Part shown: in pieces, positions 37,355 to 50,530 of the stretch | Layout of the letters: each line of letters opens with the position of its first letter | How positions within the stretch are numbered: position 1 is the stretch's first letter | Translations under genes and position numbers: made by a program | Source: Selaginella moellendorffii | Taxonomy: Eukaryota; Plantae; Lycopodiophyta | Assembly: GCF_000143415.4 (NCBI RefSeq) | Contig: NW_003314301.1 | Location: 530,336-594,335 of the forward strand | Reading direction: 5' to 3' | DNA: 64,000 bases | Notes under the pieces: generated by a model | What the model was told of the DNA's origin: nothing | What the model saw: the letters and a program-made list of their open reading frames with translations, nothing else | Database searches by the model: none

Positions 37355-40300
37355 TTACACGTCGCCGAGATGGAGAACTTGGAATGGAGCTCTCTCCACC
37401 GGATTGGGAGAAGCAGCCTCAAAATTCTTGGCAGTGGCATCGAAGTTCTTGATCGCAGCGCTCAAAGCAATGCTTGGAACGTTTTCTTTGCCATCGAAAT
37501 CGATGCTCTCGCGTCTAAGTTACAAAGAAAAACTTTAGAAAGCTCTAAACCAAAGAAGCTACGTACCTCGGACTTTCATCACACACTTTGCTTGCTGATA
37601 GTGAGCTTCTCCTGCGAGGAAGATGAAAGAAATGTAAATCTTTGCAGGAAAGAAAGCTAGTGGTTTGATCGACTAAGTACCTCGAAGAACGCACGGAGCT
37701 GACCGGCGAGGCGTCGTCCTTGCCAATCTCCAGCAGCGCTTTTCCCTCCTGGAGAAGATTTTCGTGGAGCATGAGCATCTGCTGGACCAGGCATTTGCCG
37801 TTGAGCTGCGCCCTCTGAAGCTCGCACTGGATCTCTTTCAGCTTGCTGCTGGTGATGGACGCATCCTCGTGAGAGATCGACAAGTCCCACTCGAGTCTCT
37901 CGATCTCCTTCTCGAGCCTGCGTTTTTCTACCCGGTAGTCCTCGATGCTGCCCGCGTCCTTGTCGTGCTCGAGCTTTAGCTGACTTAAGCACGACTCCAA
38001 GTCCAAAAGCTCCTCCTCTTTCACTTTCACCTCGTTTTCCAGCTCCGCACACCTGTTTTTGAGTTGCACTCGTTCCCGTTCGGCTCTTTCGAGGTTGGCC
38101 TTGGCTTTGGACACCTCGATGAGTCCCAGCTGCTGTACTGCCCACTCCGATGCGTCCAGCCTCTCATCTTTGTCTTGAGCAAATGCCATGAGCTGCGCCA
38201 GCATGGACTCCAGTTCCTTGATCTTGGCATTCGCTCCTTCCATCTTTGAACTGATCTGATTCCCAAGATCAACTTTGAGCTGCAGGCCCGAAACCATCTC
38301 CTTGCTCGATGCAAGCTTGGACTCTGCGCTGGTCAAGTCGCTGAGAAGCTGTTGTCCTCTTGCTTCGCTCCTCTTCAACTCTTCGGCAACCTTCGAGACC
38401 TTCACTTGCAAGCTTTGGACCGTAAAGTCCAGGTGGCTGTTTTTCTCAGTGAGATGCTGGATCTCTTCTTTCGCACAAGCTAGCTGGCTCTCCCGGTTGC
38501 CAAGTTCCTTGACCACAAGGTCCATGTCTGCAGACTTCGCATGGAGCTGGTCAACACCTTCCTTCAGCTGAAACTCAGTGGCAGATAGCCTCCCTTTCAA
38601 GGCTTCCACCTGCTGAGCGCTTTCGGCCCGTAGAGAGACCAATTCCTCTTCCCGGGAAGCCAAAGTCACGCCGAGAAGATCGCGCTGAGCCTTGCAGCTA
38701 TCCAACTCCGCGACCGTCTTCATGAAAGAGCTCTCCATTATCTGAAGAGCCGTCTGCATGGCTTCGGCTGCCTCTCTCTGAACCTTTGCTTCCAGCTCCG
38801 TACGACTTAAGGTAGCACACTTGTCTTCGAATGACGATGAAAGTTTCCCGAGCTCGCTGATAAGATCCTCCTCCCTTATTCGCCAGCAATTCTTCCTGTC
38901 CTCCAGTTCAACCATAGCCTGCTTAAGCCCAGTGATTCGTTCCTCTGATTCTCTTTTCTCCCTGCAAGCGACTTCCAAAGCTTCCTCCGTCTCAGCCAAT
39001 TTTGTTTCGACCGTCGCAAGCTTTTCGTCCAGAGCTGACCATTCCGCTTGTCGCGCCTTCAGGGAAGCTTCTAAAGCCTCAATGCTCGTTCTTGAAGTTT
39101 CGGCTGCCGAGTCCAGTGTCACCTTAAGGTCACGGAGCTCGCGAAGTTCGTCACTGATGCAGCAGAGCTGAGACTCTTTCTCCTCAAGAACCTTGGACAT
39201 GAGCTCCATCTCTTGATCTCTCATGTTCAAACAGCTCCAAGCGTCTGTCAGTTGAGAATCGGATATCGAGAGCTTCTCCCGGAGAAGCTGAGCTTCCGAA
39301 GCTGCTGCTGTCCGTAATTCCTCCTGCTCCTGCTGGCTTGAGCTCAATGCTGATTCCAATGCATTGCGTTCATGCATGCAACGCTGCAACTTTCCAACCT
39401 CTTCCTGCAGAGATGACTCCAAGTCTTGGCATCTTGCTTTCAGCCTGTCTACCTCCATAACAACAGATTCCAAAGCAGCATTTCGATCTTCAAGAGAAGA
39501 GGACAGTGCAAACACTTCGTCCGTAAGAGCGCGTTCTTTCTTCTCCCAGTCGGATTTTCGGATCTCAAACTCAACCAGCGATTGCCTGAACCTTTGAGCC
39601 TCCTGCTGCAAGTTCTCGTTGTCCTCGAGTAGAACTGTAAGTTCTTCATCCTTTTTAGTCAGGCTGTTCTGCGATTGCGTAAGTTTCTCTGAAAGATCCA
39701 GCAGCTGTGCTGCAGATTCAGCCAAGCGAGAGTCCAGTGTCTTCTGTAGGCGCTGTGCTGTTGTGTTGAGCTTTTTGTTTTCTCGTCGTAATTGTTCGAC
39801 CTCTTCGGACATGGCCCCGAGCTTCTCGTCTTTGATGTTCGCTTCATTCGTCAAAGCCTCCAGTTCTTCGGTCTTCGTCTTCAACCGACTGGCTAATGTT
39901 TCTAAGCGCGACTCGACCGCTGAGAGCTGCAAAACCTTCTGTTGTCGCTCATTCTCATCCTGTAGTGCTTTCAACTCTCCTTCACAAAACTCGAGAGAAG
40001 TTTGAAGATCCTCACACTTCTTCCGGTAGCACTTGAGCTCCTCAACCTTTTCTGTCAAACAGGTTGCCAGCTCCTTACATCGTTCCTTTGCATCCCTTGC
40101 GTCCTTGGTGGCAGATTTCAAAGCGGCGCATTTTTCTTCGAGAGAAATAGCGAGCTCCTGAACCTGACGAGTAAAGCTTTCCTCCTGTTTGATCCATTCA
40201 GCTTTCCTTTGCTCAAACTTCTGCACGGTCTGTTTCAGCAGCTCATTCTGCTCGACCAAAGTCTTCCTGGTTTTCAGTAGCGACTGCAGCTCTTCCTCCT

Positions 40301-40985
40301 TCTCACCAAGCTTCCCATGCAAAACGCTCACATTTGCTTCCAAGCTCGTTACTTCGGCTTCTTTCACGCACAGGCGTTTGCTCTGACCAGCTACTGTCTC
40401 TTCGAGTCTCTCGATCGTCGACTGCATGCCACGAGCTTTTTCGCGAAGCTCGACAACATCTTCGTTGAAAGAAACGAGCTGTGTATCTTTGCTCTGGACG
40501 TCCTTCTTCAATGCCTCGAGCTCCACATCCTTTGCTCGAGTTCTCTGCTCGAGGGTCTGCTCCAATGCCCGACACAGCTCCCTGTGCTTCGCAGCATCGG
40601 CAACAGCATCACCCAAAGCACCAAACTTCTCCTCTAGCGCGAAAGATAGCCTCTGGATCTCTTTGAGCGAAGCCTCTTCCTTCTCTACCGACAAGCTTCT
40701 CTGCCTCTCGAGGTCCTTCACAGCGTCACATAGCCCATCAATCTGCTCGCGAAGGGACTTGTTCTTTGCAGCCAATGCCGTTGTCTCGTCCTCCTTCTCG
40801 CCCAATCTCCCCTCCAAGCCTAAGATTTCCACTTCTTTGCGACCCAACCCCGATTCCAGCCCCCGGATCCTCTCCTCGAGCCCACCCAAGGCCGATTCTA
40901 AAACCCTATTCCTCTGCCCGAGGCGGAGTACCTGATCGTTGAGAGCCGCGATCTCCCCGTCCTTGCTCTCGAGCAGAAGATCCAT
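37355..40985 (-). CDS. Long coiled-coil protein with a C-terminal KEN and D-box-like tail
   Basis: ~1100 aa heptad-rich exon. Two short 3' exons predicted from GT-AG sites end ..DGKENVP..ERAPFQVLHLGDV*. 5'-UTR intron at ~41010-41076. Confidence 0.7.
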
Positions 40986-41253
40986 TGCCCCCAAATTTGT
41001 CAGCTACACCTGCGACCAAAAGATTTCAAGCGCCGAGCTGAGCTCCAGATCTAAGCAATGCGCGAATCCATCGTACCTCTAGGCGTCGGCGCCGCATCCA
41101 CGCGCCACCGCTTCCTCTCGCCAAGCCCTAGCGACGAGATCTTCCCGCTTTAGCAGCCATTTCGAAAATGCTCTATCCCGAGGTTAAGGTTAAAAGAAAA
41201 GCTTTGTATTAACTTAGGTGTAATAAAACATTCAGTTTAAGAAAAACTCTTTT

Positions 41254-42935
41254 TTACTGTCGCTGCCTCTTTGGTATAAGGCGAACTGGTTCTTCAGTGA
41301 TCACGGCAGTATCCCTGCTCGCAAGATCAAATTCCTTCTCGGCTTTTATATCGACATTCCGGCCTCTCTTATTGCAGCTCTTGCCTTGGTCGTCGATCAT
41401 CGAGTTTTTCCTGGGAGAAAAACGTACAATCTCAACGATCTTTGAATCAAATTAAAGAACAAAGCGTACCTGAGAACTGGAAGCTCGAGAGAATTGAAAT
41501 TCTTCCCTGGAGACGAAGAGCAAAGTTTCTTGTCGTCGTGACCACGAACAAGGCTGCTCTGGAGCGAGAGCATCTTCTCCATAAGATCTTTGGTGTTCAT
41601 CTTCGTTCTCTGGAGCTCCAGATGGATCTGTTTGAGTTTGTCGTCGTGACGAGAGATCACGACGTGGTTGTTCTTGAGCTCGTCGAAACCGGCGATTCGT
41701 GATAATGCTGCGTCGTGATCTGCCTTCAAGCCATCGTACTTGGCTTGAGCTAGCTGCAAGTTTTCCTTCATCGTCTCGGCCTCGCCTTCGACCTTTCTCA
41801 ACTGCTTTCGCAGCAGTCTCGAGTATTTCTCCATGTCCGCCAGCTCGTCCTCCTTGAACTGAAGCTTCTTCTCTAGCTCGCAAATCTCCTGTTTGAGCTG
41901 GACGTGATCCTTCTCGGCTTGAGCTAGGCTGGCCTTAATCTTGGACACCTCGAACAATCCCAGCTGCTGCACGGTCCATTCGGAAGCATCCAGCTTCTCG
42001 TCCTTCTCTCGAGCGAAAGTGATGAGCTCACCCAGCATGGACTCGAGCTCCTTCATCTTCGCATTTGCTCCATCCAGCCTCTCAGCCACCTCGTTGCCAG
42101 GATCAATACTCGTCCTTAAATCCGAAACCACTTCCTTGTTGTACGCAAGGCTGGTCGCCGCGAGCATGCCCTTCAAGCGATGGCGTTCTTCTTGAGCCTC
42201 CCGGATCTCCTCCACAAGCTTCGACGTTTTCTCACGTAAATCCCCGGCCTCCTCCTTCAAACTGGAAAGCTCGGCGTCCTTTGCGAGGAGAACTTTCCTC
42301 AAGGACACATTTTCCACCAGTTTTTCTTGGAGCTCACTCGTAGCTCGATCCATTGTTTGCCTCAAGGACTGGAGCTGAGCGTCATAGGCCATTTGGGATG
42401 CTTCGCGAGCTTCTCTGCTACACCGCAGCTCCTCGATCTTTTCTCGCAGCGAGCTTTCCATCGCGCGCGACCTGTCTTTCTCGATCCTAGCCTCCACACA
42501 AGCGCTGTTCCACTCCACGCATTTGTCCTCAAGTTCCGAGGCCAGCCCCTGGATCTCATTCACGAAAACCTCCTCTTTTCTGCTCCATTCGGATTTCTTC
42601 TCCTCCCATTCTTTCTTGAGCTCCAGAATCACCCGATCTTTCCCCTCGCTCTCTCTTGCTAGCGCGGCCACTTCTTTCTGGTTGTCATCGATTCTTCCCT
42701 GTGACGCCCCCAACTTCTCCTCAAAGCTCAAGACCTGGGCTTCTTTGTAGGTGAGGCGCGTCTCCAAGGCGCGCACTCTCTGCTCCAGGGCCGCGTGCTT
42801 CTCCTGGAGCTTCCGAAATCCATCTTCCTCCTCGTCGGACTCCTCCGATTCTTTCGCTGCCGCTGGACTCTTGCTCGGATCGCCCAAGCCGAAGCGCTGG
42901 AAGCTCCTCTTCCAGATCTCGACGCTGAAATTCAT
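41254..42935 (-). CDS. Coiled-coil protein, shorter tandem paralog
   Basis: Shares GANAKxKELESML..FAxxKDExLDASEWxVQQLGLxEVSK with the neighbouring gene. Predicted last exon ends IPKRQRQ*. Confidence 0.7.
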
Positions 42936-43227
42936 CGCATTCTCGAGCTAGCCATCCTGCATTCCCGCGGATGGATCTGGGGCGCCTACCTGGAGATCGC
43001 CAAACCCTAGCGCCTCGACGATGTCGTGTGGGCGGGAGTGAGAAGACATGCTTCACACTTAAAGAATGATTCTTGTTCTCTCCACTTCTTGGTCTTCTTT
43101 AACGCGTCCCTGGCAGGAATCGAACCCCCGACAGTACCAAGCTAAAGATTTTTATTTTTAAATTTGGATGACGTGGCTGGTTTGCTGACGTCACTCATTC
43201 TTCCAGCTCAAGCTAGGGTTGGTGGCT

Positions 43228-43916
43228 ATGGCGCGGCGATTGCTCGTCGCGATGATCCAGCTGCTTATGATCGCTGCTGTGGCTAAGAAGGTTCGGATTC
43301 CCGATCATCTGGATGATGTCGTGGACGATGAGGAGGATGAGGAGTGGAAAATGTGGGGGAAGAAGGCCGTCTCCAAGCCCGTGTTTGATCCTCCGCCGGA
43401 CTTCACAGGTATGACGCCCGACCAGATCCAGGCGGAGATGATGAAGCGCCACATTGGTCCCGCAATGGGATTCGTCAAGCTCCGATTGGATGTTCCACGA
43501 TCAAAGGTAAGGATCGAATTTCCTTGCTTGTTCTTGTTAGTTTAGTCGGGATTTAAGTCGAGATTTTGTGAATGCTGATTAGGAGGAGCTGCCAGAGCTT
43601 GCGAAGAAATGGTCGCGGCTTCTTCGCACTGGAGGCATTGGTGCCAGAGTGACTGCCGTGGATTTAAACACCCTCATGTTTACACTAGATAGCGGAAAGG
43701 AAACCACGGAGGTATGGATTTTTCCAGTATTGATATCTTTTGTTGATCTCTTCTTTCTTTCAGCTCAAGGACTTTTTCCTAAGGCAGCCAGAAGCTTATG
43801 AAGTGAAAATTGGGCAGCAAGCTTTTAGGCGCCCCGGAGATCCTCCGCTGGAAGTTGTCATTGAAAAACGGAAGCTGGCAAAGGAGAGAAAGCAAGAGCC
43901 AAATGACGAACTCTGA
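43228..43916 (+). CDS. MESD-like ER chaperone (At2g46000-like)
   Basis: Signal peptide, IPDHLDDVVDDEEDEEWKMWG, GPAMGFVKLR, RRPGDPPLE and C-terminal NDEL. Three exons. Confidence 0.8.
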
Positions 43917-45001
43917 AACTTTTCTCAAAGGTATTTTGCTCTCGAATTTTACTTCGTGTGTTGAAGTTCTTGATTAACATAGTGGTTTCTGTTTTCGTTG
44001 CAGACGATGTACTCTCATTTTGGACGTGTGGAGTGAAACCCTGGTGGCAAACCATGGTACCTCAAAGGAGTAGCCGATGTTACACGTAATCGAGGGAGCA
44101 GCGGAGGCACACTGATATTATCAACGCTGAGGTACTAAGGGGGCGATGGCCAGAAAAAATCTAGCTTCTGGTCAGGCCTCACTGGAACTCGAGGAAGCGG
44201 CAAGACGCTATAGGCCCATTGCCATTTTGAAACTTCAGGGGAAGAGTTTTTAAGTAAGCTTGCACTTAAAATGTTGATAAAAGACAACACACCTATAACA
44301 AAAATGCACACTTGAGATTTTTTATTTTTAATAAACAGATATAAACATTGTGAATTAAGCTGATGGGACACAAAGGTTATAGTGATTGAATGGCAGCTCC
44401 TCATCATTCTTTTCCATTTGGTTTGAGCCATCTTCATGTTAAGCCATCACAGACTGATAATATTAACAAAAATTCAGGAAGTAGTGATCCTCTTGACTGT
44501 GTATTCCGCAATTCGGGAAAATGGAGGTGAGTAACCTGGTTTCTTCTTTCTTTTCCTTCTTTTATTGAGGGATTAAACCGGGTTGTGTACAACTGAAGCA
44601 ACGTTTCCACCATTTCTGGCAAGAGCTGCGCCAAACCCTGTGGCTCCATGTATGTCTGATGTGCAGGACCACTGCCGCGATCGCCACCGTCAGCGCGTAA
44701 ATTCATTGTGCTTGATGCGTAGACTAAACAGTTGCCCTGACTAAACAAGGATGGCCGTGAAGTCACTTCTAAGAATTCTGGTGCCACCCTTGTAATATGG
44801 TGACTTTGACTATATGACTTATTCATACCATTGTAAAAATTTAATTGTGAGTGGAAATTTGTGGACAATTCAAAGTCTTGTGATGAAAATAATATGGTCA
44901 ATTCAAGCATGCAAGAACTTCGATATATAAGTATAACGCGAGTTCTTGATCCAAACAACACGGTGAAGTCACCCAATTCAAAGCTTCTAGATTTCTAATT
45001 G

Positions 45002-46552
45002 ATGGAGTTGGCACTCTCTAGTTTCCTGCTTCCTTTTCTCTTACTAGTGCTCACCGGAGCTCTTAGCATTCTGGTCACTTTGTGGGATAAAAAGAAGAAT
45101 TTGCCCCCATCTCCAGGATGGGCACTTCCATTGATCGGCCACCTTCATCTCATTAGGAAGCAGCCACATCGATCTTTGCAAGCACTCTCCAAAAAGTATG
45201 GGCCAATTATGTTCTTGAAGCTTGGGATGGTCCCAAGCATCATTGTCTCCAGCCCAGAGATGGCGAAAGAAGCTCTCACGAACAATGGCTTGGCATTTGC
45301 TTCGAGGCCATATCTCTTGGTCTCCGAGATTATTGGGTATAATTTCCAAAACATTGGGATACACTACAGCGAGCACTCAAGGAGGCTGCGTAAGATGTGT
45401 GTGACTGAACTTATTGCTCCCCAGAAACTGGACTCCTCCTTGTGGGTGAGGCTCCAAGAACTCTCGAGAGCGTTTCGTATCTTACAACAGTCTTACGAGG
45501 AAAAGGTGGCTGTCGACATGAGGTATCTCTTCTCAACTTTCACATTCAACGCCTTCACAATGATTCTGATGAGCAAGAGATACTTTGGGGACACCACTGA
45601 TGATCATGATCAACACATGGAGCTTAAACATGTTATTAACGAAATCTTCAGCCTGACAATCAAGTTCCACATCACCGAATTTGTTCCATCGCACCTCAGG
45701 CGCTTTTTCGAATGGGTCGATCCGACCATCCCTCAGTTCAAGAGATTGCACGAGAAGCAAGACAAGTTCATGAAGAAGATCATCGAAGAACACAAAGAGT
45801 CAACTGATCGTCCCAAAGACTTCATGGACGCACTGCTCGAGAGTTTCGATGCAGAAGCCACTGTAAAAGCGTTTATAACAGTAAGTTCACTCCACATATA
45901 AACTCATTCCTTATACCATCGTGGTTGACAGGAGTTGTTGCTAGCATCTGATTCAACGGCCGTGGCTGCTGAATGGGTGATGGCACAACTTCTTCACAAT
46001 CCTCATGTTTTGGAGAAAGCTCAACTCGAGCTCAACCTTGTCGTGGGTCCAAATCGCCTGGTTCAAGAGTCTGATTTCTCAAAGCTCGAGTACTTTCAAG
46101 CAATCATCAAGGAAACCTTGAGGCTTTGTCCTCCAGGTCCGCTCCTCATTCCTCGCAGCTCGGACGTCGCTTGCACGATTGGTGGCTACTACGTTCCCAA
46201 AGGCTCAACACTTTTTGTCAATGCTTTCGCCATTGGACGCGATCCAAGTATCTGGGAACGCCCCACAGAGTTCATGCCCGAGAGATTCCTTGGGAGATCA
46301 GTGGATTTCAAGGGCCAGCACTTCGATCTCATACCATTTGGATCGGGGCGGAGGATGTGTCCTGGGATGCCACTCGCATTGAAAGCGCTTGAGCTGCTCT
46401 TGGCTAACTTTGTCCATGGATTTTATTGGAGCTTCCCTCCCGGAGAGATCCAAACTCTTGAGGATTGCTTCGAGACGACGCTGGTGCTCAAGTCTCCTCT
46501 AAAACTCCTGGCAGTTCCAAGACATTCAGCGTCTGTTTATGCTGAAATCTGA
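45002..46552 (+). CDS. Cytochrome P450, CYP71 clan (A-type)
   Basis: Membrane anchor, LPPSPG hinge, KETLR, FMPERF, heme motif FGSGRRMCPG. Single intron at 45881-45931. Confidence 0.93.
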
Positions 46553-47310
46553 AGTGATACTGTTAAATAACGTGGACATATGTTCTTGTGGACGGTTCTT
46601 AGGAATATTTTCTAAAATAAACGCTGTTTCTTAATAAATCGGCAGGACTCATCTAGTGTGCTGTTCGCCACTGTTACCATGGAAGGCCTTCAGCAGTAGC
46701 TTGCTTTCAAGGCTTCCAAAGGTATTCGGCAGTGCAAGTTTACTTGTTGCTCCTCAGGCCTTTCTAGCTCCATGCTCTGGAAAGAGATGAATAGCGATGC
46801 TGTTGACCACACCAATTAACTCCACAAACAAAATTCATACAATCTGGGCGATGGATTCATCTGAAATACCAAGCAAGCAAGCAGCCATTTGAAATTTCTA
46901 TGTAGTTCTCCCATTCTGCATTTTTCTTTACACACTGCCAAGGAAAAAAATGCCACTACGACATCAAGCCACCTTCACCAGCACGCCAACTGCCACCTTC
47001 TAGAATTTTCTTCTAGAGGATAAAGCTCTTGAATGACTTATTTGATTGAATCTTTTGGGGAGATCCAAAATCCTGACACTTGCTTCGAGCTGTTAAAGTC
47101 TTGTGGGAGCAGTGGCTTGGTGCCCCTCGGGTGACGCTATGACTGCCGACCTCTCAAACTTTTCAGCATGCATACGTAGGTAATAATTTGTTTTTAAAGC
47201 CTAAAAACCTTAGTTAATAGTGGTCCAAATTAAAATTAAAATTTTATTATGGTAGTAATAATATAGTACATTTATTTATCAGAAATTCTATTTATTCCAC
47301 TTTAATGAAA

Positions 47311-47450
47311 ATGGAGACCTAGCTTTAAATACATGACTTGAGAGAGTGCTTTCCCAACAAGATGAATCCCTTGAAGTTGTTATTATTCCTCCATAAGGCA
47401 GTGAACCCCATGATTAATTAGAAGAGTAGCAAGAGAAGCAATGTCAACTC
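47311..47450 (-). pseudogene. Inverted, internally deleted copy of the 5' end of the downstream P450
   Basis: The reverse complement gagttgacattgcttctcttgc..tgccttatggaggaataataacaactt..atgtatttaaagct matches blocks within 47927-48160. Confidence 0.75.
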
Positions 47451-47923
47451 AGTTTAGAATGCCATTACTTAACGTGGCGACACAAGGGGCTTTTGCAGAG
47501 TCTGCTCAGTTAGTGCTTGTGATTTCGACTGATCCAATAAGGGGCCATGTACCTTTCAATCCAGTGAAGTCTTTCTTGGTGACTCACCATCAAGCTGATA
47601 CCACCACCGCCACATGCTTTTACTTGGGATTTTTTCTGGAAACTTCTTCTGCAAACTCGGACTGACACATTCAACTTATTGAACTGCTGTTTGAATTATT
47701 CAGAGTATAGTGTCGAATTCATGTACACATGAAATAGTATTATGACAAGTATGCAAGCAGAAGACTTGGTGATTAAACTGTTAATCATCAACTTTGCAGT
47801 TCTCAAGAGTTTAGTGACAGCAAAGCAGAATCTTCAAATGAAAAGTCGACGATTCTGATTTGTGTCATGACAACACTACTTTTCCTATATATAAGTCTGC
47901 CCCTTCCCAAAAAAATCAAGCTA

Positions 47924-49479
47924 ATGGAGTCGACATTGCTTCTCTTGCTTCTCTGGCTTCTCTTCTTTCTGATAATGGGCTTCAGTGCCTTATGGAGGAA
48001 CAATAACAACTTGCCCCCATCTCCAGGATGGGCAATTCCACTTGTTGGCCACCTCTATCTCGTTGGGATGCAAGCACACAGATCTTTGCAAGCACTCTCG
48101 CAAAAGTGTGGACCAATAATGTATTTGAAGCTGGGATTAGTGCCAAGCATCATTGTCTCCAGTCCAGAGATGGCAAAAGAAGCGCTCAAGGACAATGGCT
48201 TGGCCTTTGCTTCGAGGCCATATCTTTTTATCAATGAGCTTGTAGGCTACAACTCTGTGGGAATTGGAATACGCTATGGCGAGCATACGAAGCTGCTGCG
48301 AAAGATTTGCACTGTGGAGTTCCTCACAACCCAGAGAATAGATTCTTTTTCTTGGGTGAGATCGGAAGAATTGTCCAGAGCCTTTGCGTTTTGCTAAAGT
48401 CGAGCGAGAGAAAAGCGGCAGTAAACTTGCGAGAGCTTTTGTCAACTTTCACATTCAACGCAGTGACAGAGATTTTGATGAGCAGGAGATTCTTTGGCGA
48501 TGCTTCCAAAGGAGACGCAGACTCCATAAAGTTCAGGAGATCTATACACCAGAGCTTAAGTCTGGCCATCAAGTTCCACATCACAGAGTTTGTTCCAGCC
48601 TACTTGAGAGGATTCCTTGAGTGGCTTGATCCCTCCATCCCTCACTTCAAGAAGTTGCATGAGATTCAAGATAGGTTCTTGCAAAAAGTACTTGAGGAAC
48701 ACAAGGAATCACGCCGGGGTACCAAAGATTTCATGGATATCATGCTAGAGAACTTCAAGGAGGAAGGGTCAGGAGGGGAAAACGTTGTCAAAGCTGTTAT
48801 AACAGTAAGTCTGGAGCATGGTCAAACTAAATTAACTTGTCTTTTGTTCAAATAACAGGATCTAATTCTGGCATCAGACTCAACTGGAGTAGCTACTGAA
48901 TGGGCGATGGCACAACTTCTTCACAACCCCTCTGTTATGGAGAAAGCCCAGATCGAGCTCAACCTTGTCGTGGGTCCAAACCGCCTAGTCGAAGAGTCCG
49001 ATTTCTCAAAGCTGGAGTATTTTCAAGCTATTATCAAGGAAACTATGAGACTTTGCCCTCCAGGTCCACTCCTCATCCCTCGCAGCTCGGATGAAGCTTG
49101 CAAGATTGGTGGCTATCACATCCCCAAAGGCTCTACGTTGTTTATCAATGCTTTTGCCATGGGACGCGACCCAAGAATCTGGGAACACCCCACGAAGTTT
49201 ATGCCCGAGAGATTCCTTGGAAGCTCGACGGACATCAAGGGCCAGCATTTCGAGCTCATACCGTTTGGATCAGGGCGGAGGATTTGCCCCGGGATGCCAC
49301 TGGAACTGAGGACTCTCCAGTTGATACTGTCAAATTTACTCCATGGTTTTGATTGGAGCTTTGTCCAGGGAAAGGTTTATACTCTGGAGGATACTTTTGA
49401 GACTGCGTTGCTGCTCAAGACTCCTTTGGAGGTAATGGCAACTCCAAGGCACTCCTTGGATGTATATAAAGTATTCTAA
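47924..49479 (+). pseudogene. P450 tandem paralog with a single 1-bp frameshift
   Basis: Collinear with 45002-46552. The frame changes at ~48385 (agagcctttgcgttttg versus agagcgtttcgtatctta). KETMR, PERF and FGSGRRICPG are intact. A sequencing error is possible. Confidence 0.75.
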
Positions 49480-49599
49480 ACTGTGATTTAGAAGAACATA
49501 ATGTATTTGCATATAGATTTGATATTTGTCATGGCTGTTCTTCTAAAGTCTTTGAAACCAGGTTACTCTGACGATCGCATAAGGGAGCAAAACTACTTT

Positions 49600-49890
49600 G
49601 CCAGTCTTTCAAATCTTGCACAGACTCAAGAAATCTCCAAGGCAAATTCACACTCGAATTCTAGAGCTTCCAGATCTCTACCTTTGCAACCTCCTCGTTC
49701 TCATGTATGGAAGGTGTGGCAGCATTGCAGATGCCCAGGCGGTGTTTGTGTCCATCGCTAATCCCAATGATTTCTCCTGGAACATCTTGTTTGGTGTATA
49801 TGCCCAGAATGGGCGTTTGCCGCAAGCCAAGAACGGCTAGATCGAGCCAAAGAGATGTTCGATGCAACGCCTTGAAAGGACACTTCCTCT
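49600..49890 (+). pseudogene. PPR gene fragment
   Basis: NLLVLMYGRCGSIADAQAVF..SWNILFGVYAQNG, truncated. Confidence 0.7.
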
Positions 49891-50274
49891 TGGAATGGAA
49901 TGATAATGAAAAATGTGTGAATCTCTTAGTAAATCAATTTAGAAATTCATATATTATGAAACTTTATAATCTCACATCCAGGATTCACATGGTTATAAAT
50001 TTAAAGTAGTTTTTTTTGTGAATTTTTAAGAATTCCTAAGTGTTTCATTTGAATTTCATCAATCATGAAATTCAATTTTTCTCCAATGCCTGAGCATATG
50101 CAGAAAGAACAAACGTCCATGAAACTACATTTTTATAATACATAGAAAGTAAAAATGGACTTCTCAAGCTGGCCAGAACATAATATTGATCATCACGTTC
50201 ATTAACAGAATGTCATTTCGGCATGCTTTTGAACAACTCTGCGTTTTAGAGGTTTTTCTTCTAAGCATATGTCA

Positions 50275-50530
50275 AGAGCTTGCCCATGTCACCAAATCCC
50301 TCTCCGGCATTGAATCAAACAAATGCTTCACACGATCAAGCTTGTGAAATCATTGTGTTGAAAGTGATCATGAATTTGGCATTCTCAAACAAGGTCCCGG
50401 CTTCTTCAAGATGCCCGTTCTGGGTATAAGCTGAAATAACACACGACCACGACACGACATCTTTGTGAGGCATGGTGTCAGAAATCTCTCTCGCAGCGTC
50501 GACCTGTCCAGCCTGACAAAATGCATGCAT
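50275..50530 (-). pseudogene. PPR gene fragment
   Basis: GQVDAAREISDTMPHKDVVSWSCVISAYTQNGHLEEA..LFDSMPERDLVTW, with frame breaks. Confidence 0.7.

Noticed and set aside
33462-43056. Many ORFs antisense to or overlapping the RLK and coiled-coil genes
   Set aside because: Shadow frames of long coding exons with no independent motifs.
44135-44976. 100-aa and 180-aa minus-strand ORFs upstream of the P450
   Set aside because: No recognisable motif or coding-like composition; treated as intergenic or promoter sequence.
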